64,000 bases of DNA from NCBI GenBank assembly GCA_043732705.1, contig JAYTHE010000002.1:127608-191607 (forward strand), written 5' to 3'. The notes under the pieces are model-generated. The model had not been told where the DNA came from. It searched no databases and worked only from the letters and a program-made list of their open reading frames with translations. Each line of letters opens with the position of its first letter. Positions within the stretch are counted from its first letter, which is position 1. The translations under genes were made by a program, and so were the position numbers. This document shows, in pieces, positions 37,349 through 47,015 of the stretch. This stretch comes from Candidatus Omnitrophota bacterium (lineage in GTDB: Bacteria; Omnitrophota; Omnitrophia; Omnitrophales; Aquincolibacteriaceae).

Positions 37349-37582
37349 ATGAGTATGCCGGGTCCCATGGAGTTAGTGCTGATCTTTCTCGTTATTTTGT
37401 TGCTGTTCGGTGCGAAACGTATTCCTGAAATTTTGAGATCTTTCGGCGAAGGCGTCAAAGAGTTCAAAAAGGGTATGTCGAACCTGAACGACAACAGTAA
37501 TAATCAGCAAAACAATCAGGGAAATTCGAATCAGTCGAATTCCTCCCAGAATAGCCAGCAGAATACACAGAATAAACAGTAA
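37349..37582 (+). CDS. tatA: twin-arginine translocase TatA/E family protein
   Basis: PMELVLIFLVILLLFGAKRIPEILRSFGEGVKEFKKG followed by an Asn/Gln-rich tail. AGGAGG RBS. Confidence 0.8.
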   Translation: MSMPGPMELVLIFLVILLLFGAKRIPEILRSFGEGVKEFKKGMSNLNDNSNNQQNNQGNSNQSNSSQNSQQNTQNKQ

Positions 37583-37611
37583 TTCTGCAATTTGGGCTGA
37601 AATTGTCGTAG

Positions 37612-37650
37612 AGAAAGGTGAGAATTTTACATTCCCACCTTTTTCTATTT
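37612..37650 (+). terminator. intrinsic terminator after tatA
   Basis: aaaggtg ... cacctttt stem followed by TCTATTTTT. Confidence 0.55.
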
Positions 37651-37701
37651 TTAAAGCTATTTTGATGTATTTCATCCCAAAAATTGGCGTATATACAGGT
37701 T

Positions 37702-40700
37702 AAAGTGGATCAAAAAGTCCTAAAAGCAATAAAAGAGCGTATTCTCATCCTCGACGGAGCGATGGGAACCATGATTCAGCGTTATAAGCTCGGTGAATCC
37801 GACTATCGCGGCAGTACCTACAAAAACCATGCCCACCCACTGAAGGGCAACAATGATGCACTGAGTGTGTCCCAGCCGCAAATCATTGAGGAGATTCATC
37901 TTAAGTACCTTGAAGCGGGTGCAGATATCATCGAAACGAACACTTTTAATGCCACCCGTATTTCGATGGCAGATTACCATTTTGAAGCAGAAGTCAGAAA
38001 ATTGAATCTTGAAAGCGCGCGGGTTGCCCGTCTTGCGGCCGATAAAATGACGGCCAAAACACCGCATAAACCCCGTTTTGTTGCTGGAGCTGTTGGGCCA
38101 ACCAGCAAAACCGCGTCACTTTCACCCAAAGTCAGTGACCCCGGCTATCGCGCCGTCACTTTTGATGACCTTGTTGCCTCCTATGCCGAGCAAATCGAGG
38201 CTTTGATCGAAGGCGGTGTCGACATGCTTTTGATCGAAACCGTTTTTGATACTTTGAATTCCAAAGCCGCAATTTTTGCCGCGCAGCAAACTTTTCAAAA
38301 AGCAGGTAAGACCTTGCCGTTGCTTGTGAGCGGCACAATCACAGATAAAAGCGGACGCACACTTTCCGGACAAACCACCGAAGCTTTTTGGAATTCGATT
38401 TCACATGGCAATTTGCTTTGCGCCGGTTTGAATTGCGCCTTGGGAGCGCAAGAGCTCGAACCTTATATTAAAGAAATGGCGCGCGTCGCAACTTGTTACG
38501 TTTCAGTTTATCCCAACGCGGGATTGCCGAATCAATTTGGCGAATATGATGAAACACCGGAGCAAACCGCGGCCTTCATCAAACCATGGGCGCAAAAAGG
38601 CTATATCAATTTAATCGGCGGATGCTGCGGCACTACGCCCGAACATATCGCGGCAATGGCTAAAGCGGTTGAAGGCTGTAAGCCGCGCCAGCTTCCGAAC
38701 TCCGATCATCTCACGCATCTCAGCGGACTTGAGCCCGTCACTTTGCGCCCTGAAATCGCATTTGTGAATATTGGTGAACGTACGAATGTAACCGGTTCGC
38801 CAAAGTTCATGAAATTTATCAAAGAAGGTAATTGGGAAGAAGCGCTGAAGATTGCAAAACAGCAGGTTGAGTCCGGCGCGATGATTATTGATATCAATAT
38901 GGATGAAGGCTTGCTGGATTCTGAAGCGTTGATGACGCAATTCATGAATCTTGTTGCCTCCGAGCCGGAAATTTCAAAAGTTCCGATCATGGTTGACAGT
39001 TCCAAATGGTCCGTGATTGAAGCCGGCCTCAAATGTATGCAGGGCCGCGGCATCGTTAATTCGATTTCTTTGAAAGAAGGCGAAGCGGAATTGATTCGCC
39101 GCGCGAAACTCATTCGTAGCTATGGCGCCGCGATGGTGCTGATGGCGTTTAATGAGCAGGGACAAGCGGATACTTATGAAAAGCGCACGAGTATTTTGAC
39201 GCGTTCATTTAAAATTTTGACTGAGCAGGCGAATATTGCACCCGAAGATATTTTCTTTGACCCGAACGTTTTACCGATTGGTACGGGATTGGAAGAGCAT
39301 GCAAATTATGCCGTCGATTTTATCGAAACCTGTAAGTACTTAAAAAATCTTTCGCCCCGCAGTCATATTACGGGCGGCATCAGTAATTTGTCTTTTGGTT
39401 TTCGCGGTAAAAATGAAATTCGCGAAGCGATTCACGCCGTTTTTCTTTATCATGCGATTAAAGCGGGACTCGACTCAGGCATTGTGAATCCGGGATTGCT
39501 GCGCGTTTACAGTGATGTTCCGAAAGACCTGCTCGACCTTTCCGAAGACTTGGTTTTAAACCGCAACCCGAATGCCACCGAAGCGCTTTTAAAATACGCC
39601 GAAACGCATTCCGAGGAAAAGAAAGATCCTGCCAAAGTTTTGGAGTGGCGTACCAAGCCCGTGCGCGAACGTTTAACGCATGCACTCGTGAACGGCATTG
39701 CCGACTTTGTTGAGCCTGATTTAGATGAGGTGATTCCGCTTTATCCCGCGGCGCTTGAAATTATCGAAGGCCCGCTGATGGACGGAATGAAGATCGTGGG
39801 CGATTTATTTGGCGAAGGAAAAATGTTTTTGCCTCAGGTTGTGAAAAGCGCGCGTGTCATGAAAAAAGCTGTGGCGCATTTAACGCCATTGATTGAAGCG
39901 CAAAAGAAAAAAGGTTCGACAATCGGCAAAGTGATTATGGCGACGGTGAAAGGCGATGTGCATGATATCGGTAAAAATATCGTCGGCGTTGTGCTCGGTT
40001 GCAATGGTTATGACATTGTTGACCTCGGCGTAATGGTGCCGCTTGAAAAAATCCTGGAAGAAGCCGCGAAACAAAAAGCGGATATTATCGGTTTGTCGGG
40101 GTTGATTACGCCTTCGCTCGATGAAATGGTCTATGTCGCGCAGGAAATGGAATCGCGTAAACTCAAAACACCGTTATTGATTGGCGGAGCGACAACTTCA
40201 GAACGCCACACGGCTGTAAAGATTGATCCAATGTATTCAGGCCCTGTGATTCACGTGACGGATGCATCCAGAAGCGTGGGTGTTTGCCAGGAATTACTCA
40301 GCGAAAGCCGACGTGACGCGTATTCCGCGACATTCAAAACTAAATACGCGAAACTGCGTTCTGATTTCGAAAAAAATAGAGGTAAGATCCAACTCCGTAC
40401 GCTAGAAGACGCGCGCGCGAACGGTTGGAAAGGCGATTGGTTGCATGCCGAAGCGGGGCATACCTGTGATATTCATAAATCGCCGCTCATTACAAAACCA
40501 AGCTGGCTTGGCGTGAAAGCATTTCATGACTGGGATTTAAAAGAAATCCGAAAATATATTGATTGGACGCCATTTTTTCAAACCTGGGAATTGATGGGGA
40601 AATATCCGGCCATTTTCGAAGATAAAGTCATCGGAGTTGAAGCTAAAAAACTTTTTGACGACGCGCAGGAAATGCTCGAGATCATGGTTGAAGAAAAATG

Positions 40701-41400
40701 GGTGAGCGCACATGCCGCGATTGGATTTTTCCCCGCTGCGCGCGAAGGCGACGACATCGAGCTGTTCGAGGACGATACGCATAAAAAGATCGTCGAAACT
40801 TTTTGCACTTTGCGCCAACAGGGCGTGGTGAATGGCATTCCGAATTTTGCGCTTGCGGACTTCATTGCACCGAAAGAAACAGGCGTAAAAGATTACATGG
40901 GATTTTTTGTTTCAACTGCGGGTGTGGGACTTGAAAAACACGTTGAGCGTTTTGAAAAAGATCATGACGATTACAAATCAATTCTCGTCAAAGCCTTGAC
41001 TGACCGCTTTGCTGAAGCGTTTGCGGAAGTGTTGCATGAGAAAGTCCGTCGCGAATGGTGGGGCTATGCCAAGAATGAGAGATTCACAACCGAACAGCTG
41101 ATTAAAGAAGAATATGACGGCATCCGTCCCGCGCCCGGTTATCCCGCCTGCCCTGAACATACCGAAAAAGCCAAGCTCTTCAAACTTCTTGACGGAGAAA
41201 AAAACACCGGCGTGAAATTGACCGAGAATTTCGCGATGTGGCCCGCGTCTTCAGTTTCTGGTTTTTATTTCGCTCATCCTGAATCGAAATATTTCGCGGT
41301 GGGTAAAATAAACAAAGACCAAATCGAAGATTATGCCCGTCGTAAAGGTATGCCGGTTAAAGAAGTTGAGCGTTGGCTTAGTCCGTATTTAGCGTATTAA
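37702..41400 (+). CDS. metH: cobalamin-dependent methionine synthase
   Basis: All four modules present: Hcy-binding ([13 protein letters not shown]), pterin-binding, B12-binding ([15 protein letters not shown]) and AdoMet reactivation domain. Start probably GTG 37702, as the track start 37684 is TTG. Confidence 0.9.
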   Translation, partial: KVDQKVLKAIKERILILDGAMGTMIQRYKLGESDYRGSTYKNHAHPLKGNNDALSVSQPQIIEEIHLKYLEAGADIIETNTFNATRISMADYHFEAEVRKLNLESARVARLAADKMTAKTPHKPRFVAGAVGPTSKTASLSPKVSDPGYRAVTFDDLVASYAEQIEALIEGGVDMLLIETVFDTLNSKAAIFAAQQTFQKAGKTLPLLVSGTITDKSGRTLSGQTTEAFWNSISHGNLLCAGLNCALGAQELEPYIKEMARVATCYVSVYPNAGLPNQFGEYDETPEQTAAFIKPWAQKGYINLIGGCCGTTPEHIAAMAKAVEGCKPRQLPNSDHLTHLSGLEPVTLRPEIAFVNIGERTNVTGSPKFMKFIKEGNWEEALKIAKQQVESGAMIIDINMDEGLLDSEALMTQFMNLVASEPEISKVPIMVDSSKWSVIEAGLKCMQGRGIVNSISLKEGEAELIRRAKLIRSYGAAMVLMAFNEQGQADTYEKRTSILTRSFKILTEQANIAPEDIFFDPNVLPIGTGLEEHANYAVDFIETCKYLKNLSPRSHITGGISNLSFGFRGKNEIREAIHAVFLYHAIKAGLDSGIVNPGLLRVYSDVPKDLLDLSEDLVLNRNPNATEALLKYAETHSEEKKDPAKVLEWRTKPVRERLTHALVNGIADFVEPDLDEVIPLYPAALEIIEGPLMDGMKIVGDLFGEGKMFLPQVVKSARVMKKAVAHLTPLIEAQKKKGSTIGKVIMATVKGDVHDIGKNIVGVVLGCNGYDIVDLGVMVPLEKILEEAAKQKADIIGLSGLITPSLDEMVYVAQEMESRKLKTPLLIGGATTSERHTAVKIDPMYSGPVIHVTDASRSVGVCQELLSESRRDAYSATFKTKYAKLRSDFEKNRGKIQLRTLEDARANGWKGDWLHAEAGHTCDIHKSPLITKPSWLGVKAFHDWDLKEIRKYIDWTPFFQTWELMGKYPAIFEDKVIGVEAKKLFDDAQEMLEIMVEEKWVSAHAAIGFFPAAREGDDIELFEDDTHKKIVETFCTLRQQGVVNGIPNFALADFIAPKETGVKDYMGFFVSTAGVGLEKHVERFEKDHDDYKSILVKALTDRFAEAFAEVLHEKVRREWWGYAKNERFTTEQLIKEEYDGIRPAPGYPACPEHTEKAKLFKLLDGEKNTGVKLTENFAMWPASSVSGFYFAHPESKYFAVGKINKDQIEDYARRKGMPVKEVERWLSPYLAY

Positions 41401-41451
41401 GAAACTCCCGGAGGTCGGCGAGCTGATCTCCGGGAGTTGATATGGTTGGTT

Positions 41452-41483
41452 CTGTCATTGCGAGCGTAGCGAAGCAATCTAGG
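41452..41483. repeat. palindromic intergenic repeat family B copy 2
   Basis: ctgtcattgcgagcgtagcgaagcaatctagg. Preceded by an 11-bp hairpin aactcccggag/ctccgggagtt directly after the metH stop. Confidence 0.75.
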
Positions 41484-41648
41484 TTCGGCTCAATTAATTT
41501 ATTGGTTCTCTCAAATTAAAAAGCTTAGTCTACTCAGGCAGCTGCGTCCTGACGGCGCAGAACTCGCATCCTAAGAATTTTAATTTGAGTCATTGCGCAA
41601 AGAGGAGTGGAGGCTTTGCGATATGGCCTCTGGCCAATCGCCTCTCTG

Positions 41649-41677
41649 AATCGGCTGAAGCCGATCTGATTTTTTTA
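41649..41677 (+). terminator. intrinsic terminator (atcggc-tgaa-gccgat + T7) ending a ~250-nt structured ORF-free stretch after metH
   Basis: Hairpin plus TTTTTTT at 41671-41677. Confidence 0.55.
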
Positions 41678-41787
41678 CTCTTCTATAAGTGCGTGGTTGA
41701 GTAATACATTTCACAAAGTGCTTTTAGAATGCTTCGGATTTGACATTGAACTTAAATGCGATCTTCATTGATATTGGAGTGAACAAA

Positions 41788-42219
41788 ATGAAAAAAATAG
41801 TATATTTAGTAGGTTTTGTTGCCGTCATTTCATCGTTTGCGTGGGCCTCGCAGGAAGGCGCCTTGGCATTATCAACATTCTCGCTTGAGTCTAATGGAAT
41901 TGGAGAATCAGGCGCCGTTGAAGTGAAAGGGACTATCTCCGAAAACAAAGAGGTAACTGCTCTTTCCGTAAATGCGTTTGGAAAAACATACATTGTCCCT
42001 GCTGAAAAATTATCAAAAATTCAAAATGGATTTTATAACGGTATCCAATTGTCTTATGAAGCAGGATATAAGGAGCTTGGCGGCAAAACTATTTATATTG
42101 TTTTGCAATCTGGATTCACTTCGGGAGTTACCCAGAGAATTATGATTTCATTAACTGAAAGCGGCACAATCGAAATAGAAAGTCTGACGCCGCTAGACCG
42201 GAAATCGGAGCATTTATAA
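41788..42219 (+). CDS. hypothetical secreted protein
   Basis: Signal peptide MKKIVYLVGFVAVISSFAWA after a GGAGTG RBS. Track start 41740 is upstream of the RBS. Confidence 0.45.
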   Translation: MKKIVYLVGFVAVISSFAWASQEGALALSTFSLESNGIGESGAVEVKGTISENKEVTALSVNAFGKTYIVPAEKLSKIQNGFYNGIQLSYEAGYKELGGKTIYIVLQSGFTSGVTQRIMISLTESGTIEIESLTPLDRKSEHL

Positions 42220-42281
42220 AAGTGCCGGGCCAAAAAAGAAAACGGAAACCGGACGCCGTCCGGCGGGGAGGGGTTAGGTAA

Positions 42282-42674
42282 ATGAATTCAAAAATTGCTC
42301 ACGAAACGACGGTGTTGGCATTCGAAGGCAAAATCAGTTTCGGCGAAGTGGTGATGAAGCTGATCGAAATTGGTGTTGAGCGTTATCATGCGGATTTGGT
42401 GACGCTTCAAAAAACTTTTTACGGGAAAGACGGCGGTATTCATATTGAAAAGCTTACTTTGAAGGATGTGCCGCAAGTTGCGAGTGAGTTTGATGCGGAG
42501 ACGGTGCGCGGGACAATCAAAATGGCTCAGCAGGGGAAAATTCATTATCCCGAATTTTTAGAAAAAGTGATGAAAGCCGGATGCTCACATTATGATGTGT
42601 ATATCGACGGCAAGCAGGTGATTTATTCCGGCCGCAAAGGCAATTTTCATATCGAAAAGTTTCCACAAAAATAA
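42282..42674 (+). CDS. hypothetical protein, possibly DUF1398 family
   Basis: 130 aa with a HYPEFLEKVMKAGCSHYDVYIDGKQVIYSGRKG C-terminal pattern. Family assignment is from memory only. Confidence 0.35.
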   Translation: MNSKIAHETTVLAFEGKISFGEVVMKLIEIGVERYHADLVTLQKTFYGKDGGIHIEKLTLKDVPQVASEFDAETVRGTIKMAQQGKIHYPEFLEKVMKAGCSHYDVYIDGKQVIYSGRKGNFHIEKFPQK

Positions 42675-42716
42675 AAAATCAGAACACTTCTAAAAACACC
42701 GAAGTGAATTAATAAA

Positions 42717-44102
42717 ATGACAGCTAATAGTTCTCAAAATCCGGCGGCGGCGAACTTCAACGAGGCGTTTGTCCGCAAGCTGGCGGTTTTTCAAAAAGCC
42801 GTAGGAATTGGCATGATTATGGTTCCCGGCGGTGTTTTGTGGGGTTGGCAGACTGATAATTCTGCGCTTAAAAGTATTTTGCCGAATATTGTTGTCATGA
42901 ATCCGGTATCGGCTGTTAATTTTATTCTAGCGGCTTTTTCACTTTTGCTGCTTCAGCCTTCCGTTTCATTGCAATGGCGCAGAGCGGGAAAATTTCTGGC
43001 TTCCGTCGTTGCTTTTGTCGGTTTAACCCGGCTTATCAGTTATATTTTCAGTTTTGAAACCGGCATCGATCAGATTTTTTTTAAAGCCAAGCTGCTCGGT
43101 AACCATATGGCTCCCAATTCAGCGGCAAATTTTTGCATGCTCGGGTTATCGTTATTCTTTGCGGATTTTGAAACCCGGCACAAGCTCAGACCCAGCCAGA
43201 TCTTAATTTTATTCGTGCTTTTTTCTTCACTGCTGGCCTTCTTGGGATATGTCTATGGCGTGAAAACTTTTTATGAGTTCAGTTCATTTATTCCTATGGC
43301 GCTTAACACCAGCATTTGCTTCATTCTTTTTTCCTTGGCGGTATTTAGTTTGCGGCCCACTGATGGAAATATGCAGATTATTGCAAGTAACAGCATGGGC
43401 GGTCTGCTGAGCCGGAAATTGCTTCCGGCCTGTATTTTAGTTCCGGCACTTTTGGGGCTTTTTGGTCTTTTGGGGCAGCGGTATGGATTTTATGACAAAG
43501 AATTCAGGCTGGTTGTCGTCGTTGTCGGCAATGTCATTATTTTTACCGTGCTCGTTTGGTGGCTTGCGAACGCGCTGCATCGTACCGACTTGAAACGCAA
43601 AGAGGCGGAAGAGCTGATTCATAAGCTTTCTTTGACGGATGAATTGACCGGGCTTTTTAATCGCCGTGGTTTTCAAACGCTTGCTGAACAGCAATTAAAA
43701 GTCGCAAAGCGGGAGAAGACAGGCTTTGCGATTATTTTCGCGGATTTGGACGGCCTTAAAAGTATTAACGATACGTACGGACACGCGGAAGGTGACCGGG
43801 CGCTTGTTGCGGTTGGCTCGATTTTGAAAAAATTATTCCGCAGATCCGACATTCTCGCGCGTTTTGCCGGCGATGAATTTGCAGTGCTCGAGATTGGGAC
43901 GGATCTTAAACAGACGGAAGTTTTTATTGAAAAGCTCAATCAAAGTGTTGCAGCTTTTAACGAAAGAAAAGAATTGTCTTATTCGTTGTCAATCAGTGCG
44001 GGTGTCAGTTATTTCCGCGGAGAAAATACGACAATTGATGCGCTTATGGCGGAAGCTGACCGTCAACTGTATTCCATTAAATATGCCAAGCGCGGGAAAT
44101 AA
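42717..44102 (+). CDS. membrane sensor diguanylate cyclase (GGDEF domain, AGDEF variant) with ~8-TM N-terminal domain
   Basis: LTGLFNRRGFQ ... FADLDGLKSINDTYGHAEGDRAL ... RFAGDEFAVLE. Confidence 0.75.
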   Translation: MTANSSQNPAAANFNEAFVRKLAVFQKAVGIGMIMVPGGVLWGWQTDNSALKSILPNIVVMNPVSAVNFILAAFSLLLLQPSVSLQWRRAGKFLASVVAFVGLTRLISYIFSFETGIDQIFFKAKLLGNHMAPNSAANFCMLGLSLFFADFETRHKLRPSQILILFVLFSSLLAFLGYVYGVKTFYEFSSFIPMALNTSICFILFSLAVFSLRPTDGNMQIIASNSMGGLLSRKLLPACILVPALLGLFGLLGQRYGFYDKEFRLVVVVVGNVIIFTVLVWWLANALHRTDLKRKEAEELIHKLSLTDELTGLFNRRGFQTLAEQQLKVAKREKTGFAIIFADLDGLKSINDTYGHAEGDRALVAVGSILKKLFRRSDILARFAGDEFAVLEIGTDLKQTEVFIEKLNQSVAAFNERKELSYSLSISAGVSYFRGENTTIDALMAEADRQLYSIKYAKRGK

Positions 44103-44183
44103 TTTTCTGATAAATATCACAGCAGTTTGAGTGTTTCTAAAAAGCAGAAATCAGAACCTTCCTAAAGGTGCCGGGTCTGAAAA

Positions 44184-44260
44184 GGTGAGAGGTTAAATCT
44201 AAAAGCTTAAAGGTTAGCTAATAGGTTTTGGGTTATGCCTGCCTGCCGGCAGGCAGGGTT
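44184..44260. repeat. family C repeat copy (ggttaaatctaaaagcttaaaggtta) followed by a perfect 20-bp palindrome cctgcctgccggcaggcagg
   Basis: 15-mer identical to 3004-3018. The palindrome is followed by gtttt (weak terminator). Confidence 0.4.
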
Positions 44261-44479
44261 TTGACCTTTAACCGTTAAGATTTGGGCTAAATTGGTTTCC
44301 GCTAGAAAAAAAGTTAAGAAAAGTTTTTTGCGAAGTAGGTTAGTCAGGCAAACCCTGAATCTGCGCAAAAAGCTAGCCGTGCGTTGATCTCCCAGGTCAA
44401 CGGGTCTATGATGAATCTGTTAGCCCCCGCACACAATACCGCGGTGTTTTGATCGGTCATTTATCACCGAAGGTCTTAT

Positions 44480-46228
44480 ATGAAAACCATCTTGCGGATT
44501 ATGCTCGCGCTATTTTTATCAGTTGTTTTGACTTTCAATCCCGCTTTTGCGCAGGAAAGAACCTGTGACCGGACAAATGCTCCGGTAATCAGTTTTGAGG
44601 CCTTAGAAAATAAACCAGCTGCGAAATTGCCGGCCGAACCTGTTGATTTTCTAGCGGAGTCTTCACCGCTTTCTCAACCTCGTTCCGCTGCTTCGGGCAG
44701 CATCGATGTTTTAGAAACGGCGCAAGCGGGAAGCTCAAATTTAACGGCTGGCGCAACGGCAACGGTCTCCGCGATTCCGACTTATAGTAAATGGCTCACG
44801 GATACGGTGACCTGGGGCATTGATTACGCCAGCATTGATCAGTACTACCAAACCGCGACGGCGACAACCGCAGAACATAAAGAAGCCGGTTTTTTTCAAA
44901 CGATCAAACAGGCCTTTACGGAGTGGGCAAAATATATTCCGCTGACTTTTCAGGAAGTCGCGGTGAATACCGCTCAAATCATGTTCACCGTTTTAAGCGC
45001 ACAACAGTTTGACGTTAATTTGGGCACGCCGAATAACGCTATTGCTTACGCGTACTATCCGCTCGGCGGCGATGTTTATCTCGACGGAGACCGCCAATAT
45101 AGCTTGCCGGCTGTTGTAACGGGCGGTGTGAGTTACAGTGCGATGACGGCCGGGATTGATATTTTGACAGTTTTCGTACATGAAATCGGGCACTCCTTGG
45201 GTATTGGACATGCAGAGACAGACAGCACTTCCGTCATGTATCCCTATATCAGCGGCCCAAAAACGACAATCGTTTCCACTGATCCCGCTGTTGCCGCAGT
45301 TCAGTCCTTATATGGTGCCGGAGTGGGTAGTGTAAAAACAATTGGTCCGCCACCGTCTGATTTTACAGGGATTGCCGCGGGTTTAACTTTGAGTGGTACA
45401 GTGAATGTCGGTCCAAATCTGACTCTGCATCCGGACATCAAAAAAGTGGCTTACTATTTGGATGGTGCCAGATCCGGCAAAGTTTATTTTGCGCCATTTT
45501 ATTGGGGGGGTGTGAACGGAACGGGGACAGGCGGATTTGATACGCGGACGCTAGCAAATGGCAGTTACAAGCTCGGCATCACTTATACCGACAGTACCGG
45601 TGATCACACGACGGAAATTAATTTTAACGTGAATAATCCGATCGCAACGGTACAGCCCAAATTAATCGGGATCGCGGCGGATGGTGTCGTTAGCGGAAAT
45701 ATCCTTGTAAGCCCCGATCCGGTGACATTCGGAACGATTCAAAAAGCGGAATATTTTGTGGACGGAGTCAGTAAAGGAATTTCAACGGTTTCGCCTTTTA
45801 CATGGAACGGCGCGCAGGGATTTGATACGAAAACAATCACGAATGGAGCGCATACTTTGCGGTCGGTGATTACCGACAATAACGGCGTGCATGAAATCAG
45901 CTTGAATTTCAGCGTTAGTAATTTAGTCGTGCCACCGACGGGAACAGATTTTGTGGGCGTTATTGACGCTGCGGTTTTAAACGGAATAGTCAGTATCGGC
46001 CCGAATCTTAGCCTGCACCCGGGTGTGAAAAAAGCGGCATACTATTTAAACGGAACCAAATCCGGCAAAGTTTATTCCGCGCCATTTTATTGGGGCGGTG
46101 TGAATGGAACGGGGATAGGTGGGTTTGATACACGAACCCTTGCAAACGGAAATTATACGTTCAGCATGACTTACACCGATAGTGCCGGGGATCACACCGC
46201 GACCGTATCCTTTACAGTCAATAATTAG
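44480..46228 (+). CDS. secreted metzincin (matrixin/M10-like) zinc metalloprotease with three C-terminal tandem ~95-aa repeat domains
   Basis: Signal peptide. VFVHEIGHSLGIGH (HExxHxxGxxH) plus Met-turn SVMYP. Repeats GPNLTLHP[DG][IV]KK[VA]AYYL[DN]G..SGKVY.APFYWGGVNGTG.GGFDTRTLANG.Y appear three times. Confidence 0.75.
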   Translation: MKTILRIMLALFLSVVLTFNPAFAQERTCDRTNAPVISFEALENKPAAKLPAEPVDFLAESSPLSQPRSAASGSIDVLETAQAGSSNLTAGATATVSAIPTYSKWLTDTVTWGIDYASIDQYYQTATATTAEHKEAGFFQTIKQAFTEWAKYIPLTFQEVAVNTAQIMFTVLSAQQFDVNLGTPNNAIAYAYYPLGGDVYLDGDRQYSLPAVVTGGVSYSAMTAGIDILTVFVHEIGHSLGIGHAETDSTSVMYPYISGPKTTIVSTDPAVAAVQSLYGAGVGSVKTIGPPPSDFTGIAAGLTLSGTVNVGPNLTLHPDIKKVAYYLDGARSGKVYFAPFYWGGVNGTGTGGFDTRTLANGSYKLGITYTDSTGDHTTEINFNVNNPIATVQPKLIGIAADGVVSGNILVSPDPVTFGTIQKAEYFVDGVSKGISTVSPFTWNGAQGFDTKTITNGAHTLRSVITDNNGVHEISLNFSVSNLVVPPTGTDFVGVIDAAVLNGIVSIGPNLSLHPGVKKAAYYLNGTKSGKVYSAPFYWGGVNGTGIGGFDTRTLANGNYTFSMTYTDSAGDHTATVSFTVNN

Positions 46229-46363
46229 TCGTCTCCGCCCCGCCGCGTCACTAAGGAATTATTTCTTTTTTAAAAGAGGCGTTTTCTGGCATATTATTCT
46301 TCTAATGAAGTTGCCAATTATATTTCGACAAGCGCCCGGTATAACCAAAAAGGCAGGTATCAA

Positions 46364-46957
46364 ATGAAATTAATTAAAGCAGTTTTGGTTTTTGTAGTTA
46401 GTTTTGGATTGTTGGTTAGTTCCGCTTTAGCACGTCCGGCGTGGCTGGACAGAAGGCCTAATGAAAAGCAAAGGCAAGAAGCTTTGGAGAATTCGGCGAA
46501 AATTTTAACGAAGTTGTATGAGTCCGAACCTAATGCAAAAACTGCGGTTGAAAAAGCTTATGGGTACGCGACATTCAGCAACTTTGCTACGAAAATAGTT
46601 TTCGTCGGTAGCGGCGGTGGCCGCGGGGTTGCGGTGAATAATAAAACCCAGCAAAAAACTTTTATGAATATGGCGGAAGTTCAAGCGGGTCTTGGGCTTG
46701 GCGTGAAGAGTTATATGCTCATCTGGGTTTTCGAGAATGAGAAGGTCTTTAATGACTTTGTGAATTCCGGTTGGGAATTAGGCGGCCAGGCTTCTGCGGC
46801 CGCAAAAGCGGGCAGCACCGGCGGTGCTTTGCAAGGCGCGATTCAAATCGCTTCGGGTATTTATGTTTATCAGCTGACCAGCTCGGGATTGGCCGTAGAA
46901 TTGACTGCGACAGGCACGAAGTATTACAAAGACAACGACCTTAATAATAAAAAATAA
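46364..46957 (+). CDS. SYLF (Ysc84/DUF500) domain secreted protein
   Basis: Signal peptide. GYATFSNFATKIVFVGSGGGRGVAV...AGLGLGVKSYMLIWVFEN...GGQASAAAKAGSTGGAL pattern typical of SYLF. Confidence 0.5.
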   Translation: MKLIKAVLVFVVSFGLLVSSALARPAWLDRRPNEKQRQEALENSAKILTKLYESEPNAKTAVEKAYGYATFSNFATKIVFVGSGGGRGVAVNNKTQQKTFMNMAEVQAGLGLGVKSYMLIWVFENEKVFNDFVNSGWELGGQASAAAKAGSTGGALQGAIQIASGIYVYQLTSSGLAVELTATGTKYYKDNDLNNKK

Positions 46958-47015
46958 AAACTGAAAAGACTTCGCTTAACTTCGTTCGCCACAGGTCGAA
47001 TGGGCGGGTAATTAA

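Noticed and set aside
37720-41160. Multiple antisense ORFs inside metH, actB, pepN and the GT9 genes (e.g. 38706-39113, 20435-20980, 11768-12289)
   Set aside because: They lie fully within strongly supported long CDSs on the opposite strand, lack RBSs and have low-complexity compositions. Treated as shadow ORFs.
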